A DNA stretch of 64,000 nt from an uncultured virus (IMG/VR IMGVR_UViG_3300047476_001538) (IMGVR_UViG_3300047476_001538:11772-75771), one strand, 5' to 3'; shown: positions 52,839 to 62,540, numbered from the stretch's first letter. Notes: generated by a model from the sequence alone, not told the origin. A program made the numbers and translations.

Positions 52839-53011
52839 GCCCTCATCATAGGGGTTTTATTTTACCCTCATTTTACCCCCCACGCTCCACCACAATCACC
52901 ACACACTCCAATGCCACAATCATTCAACATTCCTCACCCACCCACCACAACTCACATCATATTTGACATTGACTTCATCATAATGTACAATAAATACCAA
53001 GAAGGTTTACT

Positions 53012-53233
53012 ATGACACCATCAATAGAAAAAATAAAAGAAATGTTAGCTACAAATGGACTATATCCCAAAGCAGGAAAGTCGGATGAAGAAATAATTGA
53101 TGCAGCAAAAAAGATAATCCAATGGACTTTAGGAATGCAAGTGATGCAAAATAAGCGAGAATTGAATGAAAATAAAAGAAATAATCGTGAGTTGGTTGGC
53201 TGGATCAAACTTGATGGAGATGGCGTATCGTAG
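53012..53233 (+). CDS. Hypothetical protein
   Basis: ATAAATA and AAGG upstream. Confidence 0.55.
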   Translation: MTPSIEKIKEMLATNGLYPKAGKSDEEIIDAAKKIIQWTLGMQVMQNKRELNENKRNNRELVGWIKLDGDGVS

Positions 53234-53633
53234 GAACGAAATTGAATCCAAAATTACTGCATTAAGTGATCCAATCACAGATCATCTTATTAAAATTCTG
53301 AAATGGAATGATCCAGTAAACTACAAAAAACACTGCAACGATATTGACAAATGGTTATTTAAAATACAATCATTCAAACTAAAACAAAATCGTAGACCAT
53401 CGCAATCAGATTATTTTCAATGGATGTTTACTGATGTCGCAGAAAATGAAGTAACTGTTAAGAGATTTATTCGCGGATTACATGAATATCATCATTTACC
53501 CATTATTCGTGACGACATTGAGGTATATGATATCCTTAAAGCAATATTTTATCAGTTAAGTTATGATTTGCATCTAAATAGATTTGAAACTATCTTAGAT
53601 TATCTACCAAAACATGAACAAATTTCAAATTGA
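53166..53633 (+). CDS. DUF29-like helical protein, paralog 4
   Basis: MKIKEII..LME-MAY; DHLIKIL..NY.KH..DI. Confidence 0.7.
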   Translation: MKIKEIIVSWLAGSNLMEMAYRRNEIESKITALSDPITDHLIKILKWNDPVNYKKHCNDIDKWLFKIQSFKLKQNRRPSQSDYFQWMFTDVAENEVTVKRFIRGLHEYHHLPIIRDDIEVYDILKAIFYQLSYDLHLNRFETILDYLPKHEQISN

Positions 53634-53796
53634 CATCACTCTTATAGATCGTCTTGATTATTTTAATGATGATCCAGAATCAATTATTACATTACTGCCA
53701 AATACTTTGTCTATTACCAAAAAAGAGCTTAATCAGCTTATTAAACACATTATGATAGAAGACAAGGAATTGATTGAGGAACTCAAATATGTCTAA
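53614..53796 (+). CDS. Small protein, possible Phd-type antitoxin
   Basis: C-terminal helix IMIEDKELIEELKYV; lies upstream of tnpB and doc. Confidence 0.45.
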   Translation: MNKFQIDITLIDRLDYFNDDPESIITLLPNTLSITKKELNQLIKHIMIEDKELIEELKYV

Positions 53797-53963
53797 TGTT
53801 ACTGAGTCTATGAAGGAGTACAAGGATGTACGACGACCCCTCAAACGCATATTCGGCGAGTCATTGCGTAGCAGGACGTTTTGGGGCTAATGGGTGATTA
53901 TCCCCGCTGTTTCTCAGATAAAAAACACTTGACTTCTTGGTCAGGTAATGATATAAATAAAGT

Positions 53964-55313
53964 ATGTTGATTAATAAATCATACAAAATCAGAGCATATC
54001 CCACTTACGAGCAAAAAAGATTATTTGCTCGGACCGAAGGCGCTTGCCGGTGGGTATATAATCGCGGTCTGTATGAGATGTCTGAATCATATCGACAAAA
54101 GAAACGAGGCGAACGAGAAAAATCACTATCAATCAATGATATCAGCAAAGCACTAACTAATTGGAAGAAAGAAGAAGATACCGCTTGGTTGGGTGAAGTA
54201 TCAAGTGTTGCATTATCGCAATCACTCCAAAACCTTAAAACTGCTTTTGATCGCTTTTATAAAAAAATCAGTGGATACCCGAAATATCATAAAAGATTCA
54301 CTGCTTGCGCAATAAGATTTCATTTAGCGGGCAACAGATGTCCAAAAATGGTGACTAAATGGCACAATAAACAAGTCCAACTTCCATCAATTGGCAACAT
54401 TAAAATTGCTCAACCGGAACGATTACCAAATCAATACCCCAAAATGATCACGATGAGTCGTGATGCATGTGGCAGATATTTTATATCTTTTATGGTAGAA
54501 GTGGAACAACAAACATTATCACCTAACGATTCAATTGTTGGCGTTGATTTAGGAGTAAAAACCTTAGCAGTTTACTCAACCGGTGAGCAAGTAAAAGCAC
54601 ACCAAGCACTGAAGAAATTACAAAGAAGATTGAAGCACTTGCAGAGATGTTTAAGTCGCAAAGTTGGTAGTAAAAAAGGTCAAGTAAAATCAAATAGATA
54701 TAAAAAGCAACAAGCACGAGTAAACCGAGTTCATTGCAGAATAAGCGACTCCCGACATGATAGCCAACACAAATTAACACATGATTTAACTTATCGCTTC
54801 GGCATAATATGTCTTGAGGACTTGAACGTCAAAGGTATGATGACTCGTGCCAAGAACAAAAATGTTGCGCAAAAGCGAGGATTAAATAGAGGCATCGCTA
54901 ATGCCGGCTTTGGTGAAATACGCAGACAAATAGAATACAAAGCTAAATGGCGTGGTCGTGAAGTATTTTATGCTAACAGATGGGCACCAACAAGTCGGAC
55001 TTGCAATGAATGCGGTACCTATCAACAAGAATTTAATTTATCCATGCGTGAATGGACGTGTCCAGATTGCGGCACACATCACGATAGAGATTTGAACGCG
55101 ACAAAAAATATTGTTGTGTTCGCTACGGGGCTTGCTCCGGAAGCTATGGTCGGGCAGACCAAAAGTAATGCACGTGGAGGTATAAAAAGACTCAATGCCA
55201 GTGGTAATTTTACCACTGAAACAACTGAGATATCTATGAAGCGTGAACCCAAGAAGTTTTATCAAATCAACGAGGTCTTACCAAACGAGGTAGGACACCG
55301 AGGCTTGGTATGA
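53964..55313 (+). mobile_element. tnpB: TnpB RNA-guided endonuclease (IS200/IS605/IS607 type), no tnpA nearby
   Basis: HTH KSYKIRAYPT..CRWVYN; RuvC GVDLG, LEDL, DRDLNA; zinc finger CNEC..CPDC; promoter TTGACT-N17-TATAAA(TA). Confidence 0.92.
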
Positions 55314-55717
55314 CAGGCGGGGATGCCATTAGTTCTAAATCATTTTCTGATTTGGCTATCGGATTGAACGTATTGGCTGGCGAGAGTGGCATGGTTGATG
55401 TTGGGAAACTTGAGAGTGCTATCTCATCGTCTGAATATTATTCCTCATTTGAAGACAAGGTTGCTTCTATTATCAGAAGTATGATTAAAAATCATGCCTT
55501 TAGAGACGGCAACAAAAGAACTGCTGTTATGATGTTTAGATTGTTGGTGGCTCATTCCAGAAGAAGAATGAGTTTTAGTAACAAGGAATTAGTTGATTTG
55601 TTTGCTGATATAGCGGCCAATCATTATTCTGTTGAGGAAATACGAGATAAAATTTTCAAGAACGTATCAGAGGATTGTATGCGACACTGGCTCGATGTAA
55701 TTAAAAGAGGAGACTAA
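55310..55717 (+). CDS. doc: Fic/Doc family protein (Doc-like)
   Basis: NHAFRDGNKRTA; LESA; KVASI. Confidence 0.85.
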   Translation: MTGGDAISSKSFSDLAIGLNVLAGESGMVDVGKLESAISSSEYYSSFEDKVASIIRSMIKNHAFRDGNKRTAVMMFRLLVAHSRRRMSFSNKELVDLFADIAANHYSVEEIRDKIFKNVSEDCMRHWLDVIKRGD

Positions 55718-55930
55718 TGAACAAACTACTATTCATCATTCTGCTTGCATCATTGCTAAGTTCTTGCACCATAGGAAGGGAAAATTGCCCTCACAACAAA
55801 AATCTACCAAAGGGTCGTCAGTGTGACACCTTTTTACTTTAATCTTTTTGCTTGAAAATTTCAAGCAGAGTAGATACAATATCTTTACTACTGCTAATGT
55901 AGTTTACTTTTTAATTAAAACGGAGAACAA

Positions 55931-56491
55931 ATGAAGAAACTTTCTATTATCGTTATGTCCATGCTGATGGCTAATGCTGTTATTGCTGCTGAAAATCCTG
56001 CGAAGCAGATCAAGAAGCAAATGTGTTTTGAAACTTACCCTCGGACTACTTATGATACCAATGGTAGTCATGATTGGACAATTAACGAAGTGATTGAAAA
56101 CCCAGGCGTTTACAAGACTTATAAGTTTATCACGGCTAACAAGACCAAGACTGGTGAGAATGTCATTTTTGATTTTAATGGTATTTCTCGTCAATATGGC
56201 AAGGTTATTAACGCAAGTGGTTCTGGTTTTTATGATTCAGAAGAGGGTTGGACTCTTAATGTAAATTCTTCTACTAAGTTAGGTGAGAAGTATTCTGTTG
56301 AAAATCAACCGTATGCCACCAGTTTAGCTACTTGGGATATGTATTCCAGTATTACTTCGCCGGGTGTTGGTGGTGGTTTTATGAAGTTTGAGGCAGTTAG
56401 TGGCCAAATGCCAAGCGAGTTTTATGAAGTGAGCGTGGTTAGTGTGATTGATTGTAAGGACTTTAATCGCAATGCACCAGTGGCTCAATAA
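55931..56491 (+). CDS. Secreted hypothetical protein
   Basis: Signal peptide; GGAG RBS. Confidence 0.75.
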   Translation: MKKLSIIVMSMLMANAVIAAENPAKQIKKQMCFETYPRTTYDTNGSHDWTINEVIENPGVYKTYKFITANKTKTGENVIFDFNGISRQYGKVINASGSGFYDSEEGWTLNVNSSTKLGEKYSVENQPYATSLATWDMYSSITSPGVGGGFMKFEAVSGQMPSEFYEVSVVSVIDCKDFNRNAPVAQ

Positions 56492-56501
56492 GGAGAACAT
56501 T

Positions 56502-56714
56502 ATGAATGTATATGCATTGTTTGGTTCAAATCCTTCACAAGGATTGAACACGCTTCTTGGTATCTTTGATAGTCAAGTAAAGGCTGTAGAGGCATCTGCT
56601 TCGGTTACTAAAGGAATTTATACACAGTTTTATGTATCACCTTATGTGATGAATCAGTTGAAAGCAACCTATTCTCACTCAGAGTTGGTATTCTTTACAC
56701 CTGAAGGTCATTGA
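56502..56714 (+). CDS. Small hypothetical protein
   Basis: AAGGAG RBS; LLGIFDS..KA. Confidence 0.65.
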   Translation: MNVYALFGSNPSQGLNTLLGIFDSQVKAVEASASVTKGIYTQFYVSPYVMNQLKATYSHSELVFFTPEGH

Positions 56715-56723
56715 GATTAAAAT

Positions 56724-56900
56724 ATGAAAGGAAGTAAACATCGTGATCCGTTGAAAACCAAGACGGGAAAGACTCGGCTTGGTCCATTGTCAATCACTCA
56801 GCTTGAAGACCTGATTGAAAAAACTTCTTCCAAGAAGATTAAGGGTAAGTTCAATCAACGATTGGATCAGCTAAAAAGTCGGTTGACAGTAGTAAAATAA
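56724..56900 (+). CDS. 58-aa basic protein (not in ORF track)
   Basis: MKGSKHRDPLKTKTGKTRLGPLS.. Confidence 0.6.
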   Translation: MKGSKHRDPLKTKTGKTRLGPLSITQLEDLIEKTSSKKIKGKFNQRLDQLKSRLTVVK

Positions 56901-56967
56901 TGTGATATAGTATGATACGCATAAATTGTGCGTATCATATTTAATCTTAACTAAGAGGGAAAGTAAC

Positions 56968-57129
56968 ATGGCAGGAACAGTGATTAAGAAATGTGGTTGC
57001 AAGGGTGATCCATCTCATGCAAGCGATTATCAGAATAAGAAATACGGAGAAGGTATGCGAGTAATGTCTTTAGATCAAAAGAAGACTTCAGCAACGTGTA
57101 GTGTTTGTGGCAAAAATATTAAGGTATAA
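56968..57129 (+). CDS. Small zinc-ribbon protein
   Basis: CGC..YQ..KYG.G.RV..CSVCG; promoter TTGACA-N17-TATAGT at 56883. Confidence 0.65.
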   Translation: MAGTVIKKCGCKGDPSHASDYQNKKYGEGMRVMSLDQKKTSATCSVCGKNIKV

Positions 57130-57133
57130 CATT

Positions 57134-57430
57134 ATGGAAATTCGTAGGCCAAGTAGAACTGAATCGGTTGACATTGAACAATGTTTGGAACGGTTTGAAA
57201 ATATGTATGAACTGATCTTAACTGCCGCTCGTCGTACTCGGTCACTGCAACGACATTCTGATCCATGGGGATTGCCGGTTACTCCGATTGATGCGTTGCT
57301 TGAAGCTCAAGATGGTAGACTCAAGAGCGAAGATTATTTGGACAAGAAGGACTCTATTTCTCCTGAAGAATGGTATCGTCGACGTATGATGAATGTAAAG
57401 AATCGTCATAGTTTTAGTTTTGGTCAATAA
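57134..57430 (+). CDS. rpoZ: RNA polymerase omega subunit-like protein
   Basis: EQCLERFENMYELILTAARRTRSL..PIDALLE. Confidence 0.7.
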   Translation: MEIRRPSRTESVDIEQCLERFENMYELILTAARRTRSLQRHSDPWGLPVTPIDALLEAQDGRLKSEDYLDKKDSISPEEWYRRRMMNVKNRHSFSFGQ

Positions 57431-57444
57431 TTGATTTTTAATTG

Positions 57445-57481
57445 AATCACTCCGTTCATTTTTGTTCGGAGTGATTTTTTA
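57445..57481 (+). terminator. Intrinsic terminator
   Basis: AATCACTCCG..CGGAGTGATT plus T-tract. Confidence 0.8.
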
Positions 57482-57553
57482 TTTGTGAGTGAGGGAAAAT
57501 ATTTGCTATCGGAGTTCTTCGTTGTAAATAGCTTTAGACTATGAGGAGTAAAA

Positions 57554-58171
57554 ATGAGTCATTGTAAAATAACAAACAATTCTACGGAACGTGATAGAAT
57601 TGTACACCCATTCTGCTTTATTAAAGAATTATTCAATAAAGAAGAAATTGGAAAGATTTTTGAATACACTAAGACATTAGAAACAGAAGATTCTTATGTC
57701 GGCAGTGGTGCTGGCGGAGAAGTAAATGTTGGAATTAGAAATTCCAAAACACGGTTTTTTATGCCGAACGAAGAGTCCAGTTGGATTTTTGAGAAGATCA
57801 ATAATGGTGTAGAATACATCAATGATCACTTTTATAATTTTGATTTATATGGTTATGACAGCATTCAATATACCGCTTATTCTGGTGAACGGAGTTCATT
57901 TTATAATTGGCACGTGGATGCCTTTTTTGGTGGTCTCACTGAACATCACAGAAAATTATCTATTGTCGTAATGCTATCTGAGCAAGATAAAGATTTCTTT
58001 GGTGGTGATTTTCAAATTACACAAGGAGATCAAGACGATCCTCAGACAATTAAATTTCAACCGGGCATGATGATTGCATTCCCATCGTATACCATGCATC
58101 GGGTTACGCCAGTGGTTAGAGGTATGCGTCAAACACTGGTTACTTGGGTAACTGGTCCAAAATTTAGGTAA
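57554..58171 (+). CDS. 2OG-Fe(II) oxygenase (PKHD-type)
   Basis: WHVD, RKLS, GGDF, FPS..HRVTPV..R..LV.W. Confidence 0.9.
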   Translation: MSHCKITNNSTERDRIVHPFCFIKELFNKEEIGKIFEYTKTLETEDSYVGSGAGGEVNVGIRNSKTRFFMPNEESSWIFEKINNGVEYINDHFYNFDLYGYDSIQYTAYSGERSSFYNWHVDAFFGGLTEHHRKLSIVVMLSEQDKDFFGGDFQITQGDQDDPQTIKFQPGMMIAFPSYTMHRVTPVVRGMRQTLVTWVTGPKFR

Positions 58172-58176
58172 TCATT

Positions 58177-58833
58177 ATGTCATCATTAGAAGAAAAAGGC
58201 TATTTAGAAGTAAAACAAATTATTCCAGTTGAGATTTGTCAACTGTTTACGCAATATGCGTTGATGCGTGAGCGATTCAATTTTAAGCCAGAGAAAAAAG
58301 ATGCTCAGATTCCTGGTCAGCATTCTGTTTATGGTGATTCATTTGCGGAAACATTAGCGATGTTTTTACAACCTCATATTGAAAAGGAAACCGGATTAGA
58401 ATTGGCTCCGACTTATACCTATTATAGAGTATATCGTCCTGGTGCAAATCTTAAACGGCACAAAGATCGTCCGAGTTGTCAGATATCTGCCACTGTGTGT
58501 TTTGGATTTGAATACTTCGGAATGGACGAAGATTATAGTTGGGAAGTGTTCGTTGATCCTGAATCAGTTAATAAGAAGAAGCCAGACGATGAATGGAATC
58601 GGATTGGTGAATATCTATCTTATGGTAATCCCGGAATTGGTTATCGTCAGTCACCGGGTGATGCTATCATTTATAAGGGATGCGAAATTGAGCATTGGAG
58701 AGAACCGTTCAATGCTGGAGAAGGTAGCTATCAAGTGCAAGTATTCTTCCATTATATTGATAAGAATGGTCCATTCTATCCACAGCATCAATACGATGGT
58801 AGAATCTTTATGGGGTCGGGCAGCAAGATATAG
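58177..58833 (+). CDS. 2OG-Fe(II) oxygenase-like protein
   Basis: [14 protein letters not shown]; GDA..Y.G..EHWR; FFHY. Confidence 0.85.
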   Translation: MSSLEEKGYLEVKQIIPVEICQLFTQYALMRERFNFKPEKKDAQIPGQHSVYGDSFAETLAMFLQPHIEKETGLELAPTYTYYRVYRPGANLKRHKDRPSCQISATVCFGFEYFGMDEDYSWEVFVDPESVNKKKPDDEWNRIGEYLSYGNPGIGYRQSPGDAIIYKGCEIEHWREPFNAGEGSYQVQVFFHYIDKNGPFYPQHQYDGRIFMGSGSKI

Positions 58834-58844
58834 GAGAAAACAGT

Positions 58845-59126
58845 ATGTCAGAAAATCAAATAATCAGAGCCAGCCATATTTTGGTTGATACAGCTAAACA
58901 AGCTGAAGCGATTAAAGAAAAATTGGCAGCGGGCCAAGATTTTGCTGCATTGGCGCGAACAAGTAGTTTATGCCCAAGTAAGGCGAATGGTGGTGATTTG
59001 GGTCAATTTGGACCTGGTCGTATGGTTAAGCCATTTGAAGATGCAGTATTCAAATTGAAAGTGGGTGATATTAGCGAACCGATTCCAACAGGGTTTGGTT
59101 ATCATATTGTCCTTAGAACAGAATGA
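58845..59126 (+). CDS. ppiC: Parvulin peptidyl-prolyl isomerase
   Basis: ASHILV, S.CPS..GGDLG.F..G.MV.PF, GYHI. Confidence 0.93.
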   Translation: MSENQIIRASHILVDTAKQAEAIKEKLAAGQDFAALARTSSLCPSKANGGDLGQFGPGRMVKPFEDAVFKLKVGDISEPIPTGFGYHIVLRTE

Positions 59127-59132
59127 AAATCG

Positions 59133-59432
59133 TTGATATTATTAGAAAAAGTGATGCTTGAAAAAGTAATAAAGCCCAAAATAGAGCAAGATGGAGTATT
59201 ATACGAATCTATCATAGATGTTCCAGAAATCATGAAATTTTCTCAAGATACAGAAATTCTATTAAAACGTGCTGAACAAGCAAGAATAAAAGGAGAAAAA
59301 TTATATTCTGGGTTGCCTCTTACAATTGACGACATAGGAAACAATGAATTGTATAATATGTATGTTAAGTTAGGAGATTATAAAAAAGCAAAACTAGAAT
59401 ATGATCGGTTAAATGGAGAAAATCATGACTAA
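59133..59432 (+). CDS. Hypothetical protein (start uncertain)
   Basis: ORF in operon context. Confidence 0.55.
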   Translation: MILLEKVMLEKVIKPKIEQDGVLYESIIDVPEIMKFSQDTEILLKRAEQARIKGEKLYSGLPLTIDDIGNNELYNMYVKLGDYKKAKLEYDRLNGENHD

Positions 59433-59577
59433 ATTAACAGATGTATTGAAAGCTGCATTGGTTCAGAAAGAAAGCAAGTCAGCACCAAAGGCTAAAAAAT
59501 CTTCCGAAGAGAAGGTAAAAGATAAATCAGTAATTAGCACCAAACCTGTTAAAAAAGCGGCTGGTCGTGGTCGTTGA
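59425..59577 (+). CDS. 50-aa Lys-rich protein (not in ORF track)
   Basis: GGAG RBS; ends KPVKKAAGRGR. Confidence 0.6.
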   Translation: MTKLTDVLKAALVQKESKSAPKAKKSSEEKVKDKSVISTKPVKKAAGRGR

Positions 59578-59957
59578 TGAAGTTTGAAGATTATCGTTCA
59601 ATGGTCTTAACTGAATCATTGAACGATCAAATCAACGAGATGGCTCGAATTGGGCCACAACACCATGGTATTCCTAATGTAGTAATATATGCTGGTGAAA
59701 CAAATAAGCGGCATGGATTGCGAGTAAAGATTTCAAAATTCAAGAACAAATGGGTAAAAGGCGATGAAAATAATTTCATCATTCAAATGCCCAGTCTTGA
59801 TTATGATCCACAAGATGTCCCGCGTTGGATTGATAAAAACACCATGGCGAAAATTTTAGGTTGGATTAAATTGAATCAACAGCAATTATATGATTTTGAA
59901 ATTGGTAAAATAATGTATGCCGATGATTTTTATGCTAAAATCTCAAAGTATTCATAA
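59577..59957 (+). CDS. Hypothetical protein with E-cleavage-like leader
   Basis: LTE..INE-MARIG; RHG.RVK; WIKLN. Confidence 0.65.
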   Translation: MKFEDYRSMVLTESLNDQINEMARIGPQHHGIPNVVIYAGETNKRHGLRVKISKFKNKWVKGDENNFIIQMPSLDYDPQDVPRWIDKNTMAKILGWIKLNQQQLYDFEIGKIMYADDFYAKISKYS

Positions 59958-60303
59958 TCAGTCAGATTTAGCAACTGGCTCTACTTGGTTCAAGTCTACG
60001 AAAGATTGGCATGGTTCCGGCGAAGCTGGCACTTCTGTAAAAGTGTTGTTCGTTGAGGATCATTTTGTGTTTTATCACGATAAATCCAACGAAGTTAGAT
60101 GTTTATCTGAATTCGCTTTTAGGTCAACCTACGTATCTGATATTGATAGAATTGATCCATTTTTACCGTATGGATACGCTATGCTACACTTATCCAAAAA
60201 ATATAGTGTAGTAAAGCCTACCAGATGGAATACACCGAAAACAGTTTTTAATCGTTGGTTTCATCGGTATTACAAGATGAAAAAATTCTTCAGATGTACT
60301 TGA
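59917..60303 (+). CDS. Hypothetical protein (start uncertain)
   Basis: ORF filling the gap before the QueF-like gene. Confidence 0.5.
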   Translation: MPMIFMLKSQSIHNQSDLATGSTWFKSTKDWHGSGEAGTSVKVLFVEDHFVFYHDKSNEVRCLSEFAFRSTYVSDIDRIDPFLPYGYAMLHLSKKYSVVKPTRWNTPKTVFNRWFHRYYKMKKFFRCT

Positions 60304-60321
60304 TCTTGCTAAATATGTTCT

Positions 60322-60693
60322 ATGAACTATTTATGGCAAACAATCACAGCAGAATCACTTAAATCAATCCCAAATCCGGCTGTCGGGTATGAACATCATA
60401 TTAGCATACCCGAATTTACTTTTCTCGGGGTAAAAGAGCAGCCGGATTTCGGTATAATTACTATTTGGTTTTATGGAAATACCAAGACTATAGAACTAAA
60501 AAGTCTCAAAGAGTATCTATATCAATATAGAAATACTATTATCTCATATGAGCGATGTATTGATGTAATGTACAATCATTTAATGACTGTGTATGAACCT
60601 GCTCGTCTGAAACTTAAAATTGAATTTAGACCAAGAGGAGGCATCACGAGCACCATGTTTCGCGATTCTGATTGGTATGACTACACGGAATAA
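60322..60693 (+). CDS. QueF-like T-fold protein lacking the catalytic Cys
   Basis: PEFT..QPDF, ELKSLK.Y, ISYE, RGGI. Confidence 0.8.
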   Translation: MNYLWQTITAESLKSIPNPAVGYEHHISIPEFTFLGVKEQPDFGIITIWFYGNTKTIELKSLKEYLYQYRNTIISYERCIDVMYNHLMTVYEPARLKLKIEFRPRGGITSTMFRDSDWYDYTE

Positions 60694-60696
60694 ACA

Positions 60697-61986
60697 ATGA
60701 CAGATTACAAAATTAAAGATATTGGCCTCGCTGAATGGGGTCGCAAAGAAATTTCTATTGCCGAATCAGAAATGCCAGGATTGATGGCATTGCGTAGCCA
60801 TTATGCAGAATCACAACCACTAAAAGGTGCGAGAATTGCTGGTTCATTGCATATGACAGTTCAAACGGCTGTTTTAGTTGAAACGTTGGTTGAATTGGGT
60901 GCCGAAGTACGGTGGAGTTCGTGCAATATTTTTTCCACTCAAGATGAAGCTGCCGCTGCTATTGCCGCTGCTGGTATTCCTGTATTCGCATGGAAGGGTG
61001 AAACAGAAGCAGAATATTGGGATTGCATTGTTCAAACACTATCGGGTCCAAATGATTGGCGTCCCAATATGATTTTGGATGATGGGCATGATTTAACCTC
61101 ATATGTGATTCAGAATCGTCCTGATCTTGTTGAGGAAATTCGCGGCGTATCAGAAGAAACAACCACCGGTGTTCAAAAGATTCGCCAAGCGATTGAAGCT
61201 GGTAATTTTCCATTTAGAGCGATCAATGTAAACGATTCTATCACCAAGGCAAAGTTTGATAATCTATATGGTTGTCGTGAGAGCTTGATTGATGGTATCA
61301 AACGTGCTACCGATGTGATGATTGCTGGCAAGATTGCAGTAGTATGCGGTTATGGCATGGTAGGTAAAGGATGTGCTCAAGCATTGCGTTCTTATGGCGC
61401 TCAAGTTTGGGTAACAGAGATTGATCCGATTTGTGCATTGCAAGCTACTATGGAAGGTTATCGTGTTGTTACGATGGATCAGGCTTGTAGTTTAGCTGAT
61501 ATTTTTATCACTGCTACCGGTAACATTGATGTCATCACCGCTGTTCATATGTCATGTATGAAGCATAATGCGATTGTTGGCAATATTGGTCACTTTGATA
61601 ATGAGATTGAGGTAGCTGGTCTCAAAGGTTGCAAGTGGGAAAATATCAAGCCACAGGTAGATCATATTATTTTTCCTAATGGCAAGAGAATTATTCTATT
61701 AGCAGAAGGTCGTTTGTTGAATCTTGGTTGTGCTACTGGTCATCCTTCTTTTGTGATGAGTATGTCATTTACCAATCAGGTGTTGGCTCAGATTGAACTA
61801 TGGAATTCACCAGAGGCATATGAAGTGGGTAAAATATACATCTTACCTAAGATCGTGGATGAACAAGTAGCGAGATTTCACTTGACTCAATTGGATGCCA
61901 GTTTAACTGAATTAACCGATGAACAAGCGGCTTACTTGAGCGTGGATGGCCGTGGTCCATACAAGTATGAAAATTATTGCTATTGA
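60697..61986 (+). CDS. ahcY: Adenosylhomocysteinase
   Basis: [39 protein letters not shown]. Confidence 0.97.
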   Translation: MTDYKIKDIGLAEWGRKEISIAESEMPGLMALRSHYAESQPLKGARIAGSLHMTVQTAVLVETLVELGAEVRWSSCNIFSTQDEAAAAIAAAGIPVFAWKGETEAEYWDCIVQTLSGPNDWRPNMILDDGHDLTSYVIQNRPDLVEEIRGVSEETTTGVQKIRQAIEAGNFPFRAINVNDSITKAKFDNLYGCRESLIDGIKRATDVMIAGKIAVVCGYGMVGKGCAQALRSYGAQVWVTEIDPICALQATMEGYRVVTMDQACSLADIFITATGNIDVITAVHMSCMKHNAIVGNIGHFDNEIEVAGLKGCKWENIKPQVDHIIFPNGKRIILLAEGRLLNLGCATGHPSFVMSMSFTNQVLAQIELWNSPEAYEVGKIYILPKIVDEQVARFHLTQLDASLTELTDEQAAYLSVDGRGPYKYENYCY

Positions 61987-62007
61987 TTTTTAGTATTTTG
62001 TAAAAAG

Positions 62008-62032
62008 TAAAGCCGCTATTATAGCGGCTTTA
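62008..62032. terminator. Bidirectional terminator
   Basis: TAAAGCCGCTA-tta-TAGCGGCTTTA between convergent genes. Confidence 0.85.
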
Positions 62033-62054
62033 TTGTATCTATGTTAAGAATAGA

Positions 62055-62540
62055 TTATTCGGTTGGTGGATCAACCCATTGACCGCCTTGTTGATAAGCC
62101 GGTGCAAGAATAACATCTACTCGGTCTTTAGCGATAACATCAATATCAGCAAGGTAATTCACGGCGTAAATTGTTTCTTCGCCTTGTAAATTCACTTCTG
62201 GATTTGCGTTTAGATCAGCAGAAAATACTTCTACAATAGTATCGGTTTTTGCTGAGTTAGCAATGTTTACTTTTTCTTGGAAAGTAAATCTATTTCTAAA
62301 CATAAGCGAAGGGATTACCCATACCTCTACGATTGGCGGAGGTGGGGGTGGACTAAAGATTCCAGTGATTGGATCCCATGACCAACCGATACCAGCAACT
62401 TTTTCTTCCGGATAATCAAGTAATTCTACACGATGATTCTCGGCTTCAAACTTTGCTAGTTCTTCTGGAGTCTCAATGACAACAATGTTTGTTACAGTGT
62501 TGCTATCGTTAATTAATGCGTAAGGAATTTGTTCGTTCAT
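62055..62540 (-). CDS. Tail-fibre assembly/accessory-like protein, copy 1
   Basis: YALI..VTNIVV..GIGWSWD..FSPP; RFTFQEK; near-identical copy at 63723. Confidence 0.6.
   Translation of the reverse strand: MNEQIPYALINDSNTVTNIVVIETPEELAKFEAENHRVELLDYPEEKVAGIGWSWDPITGIFSPPPPPPIVEVWVIPSLMFRNRFTFQEKVNIANSAKTDTIVEVFSADLNANPEVNLQGEETIYAVNYLADIDVIAKDRVDVILAPAYQQGGQWVDPPTE

Noticed and set aside
53964-55313. Cas12f/type V CRISPR effector
   Set aside because: No array or cas1/cas2; the architecture is typical TnpB
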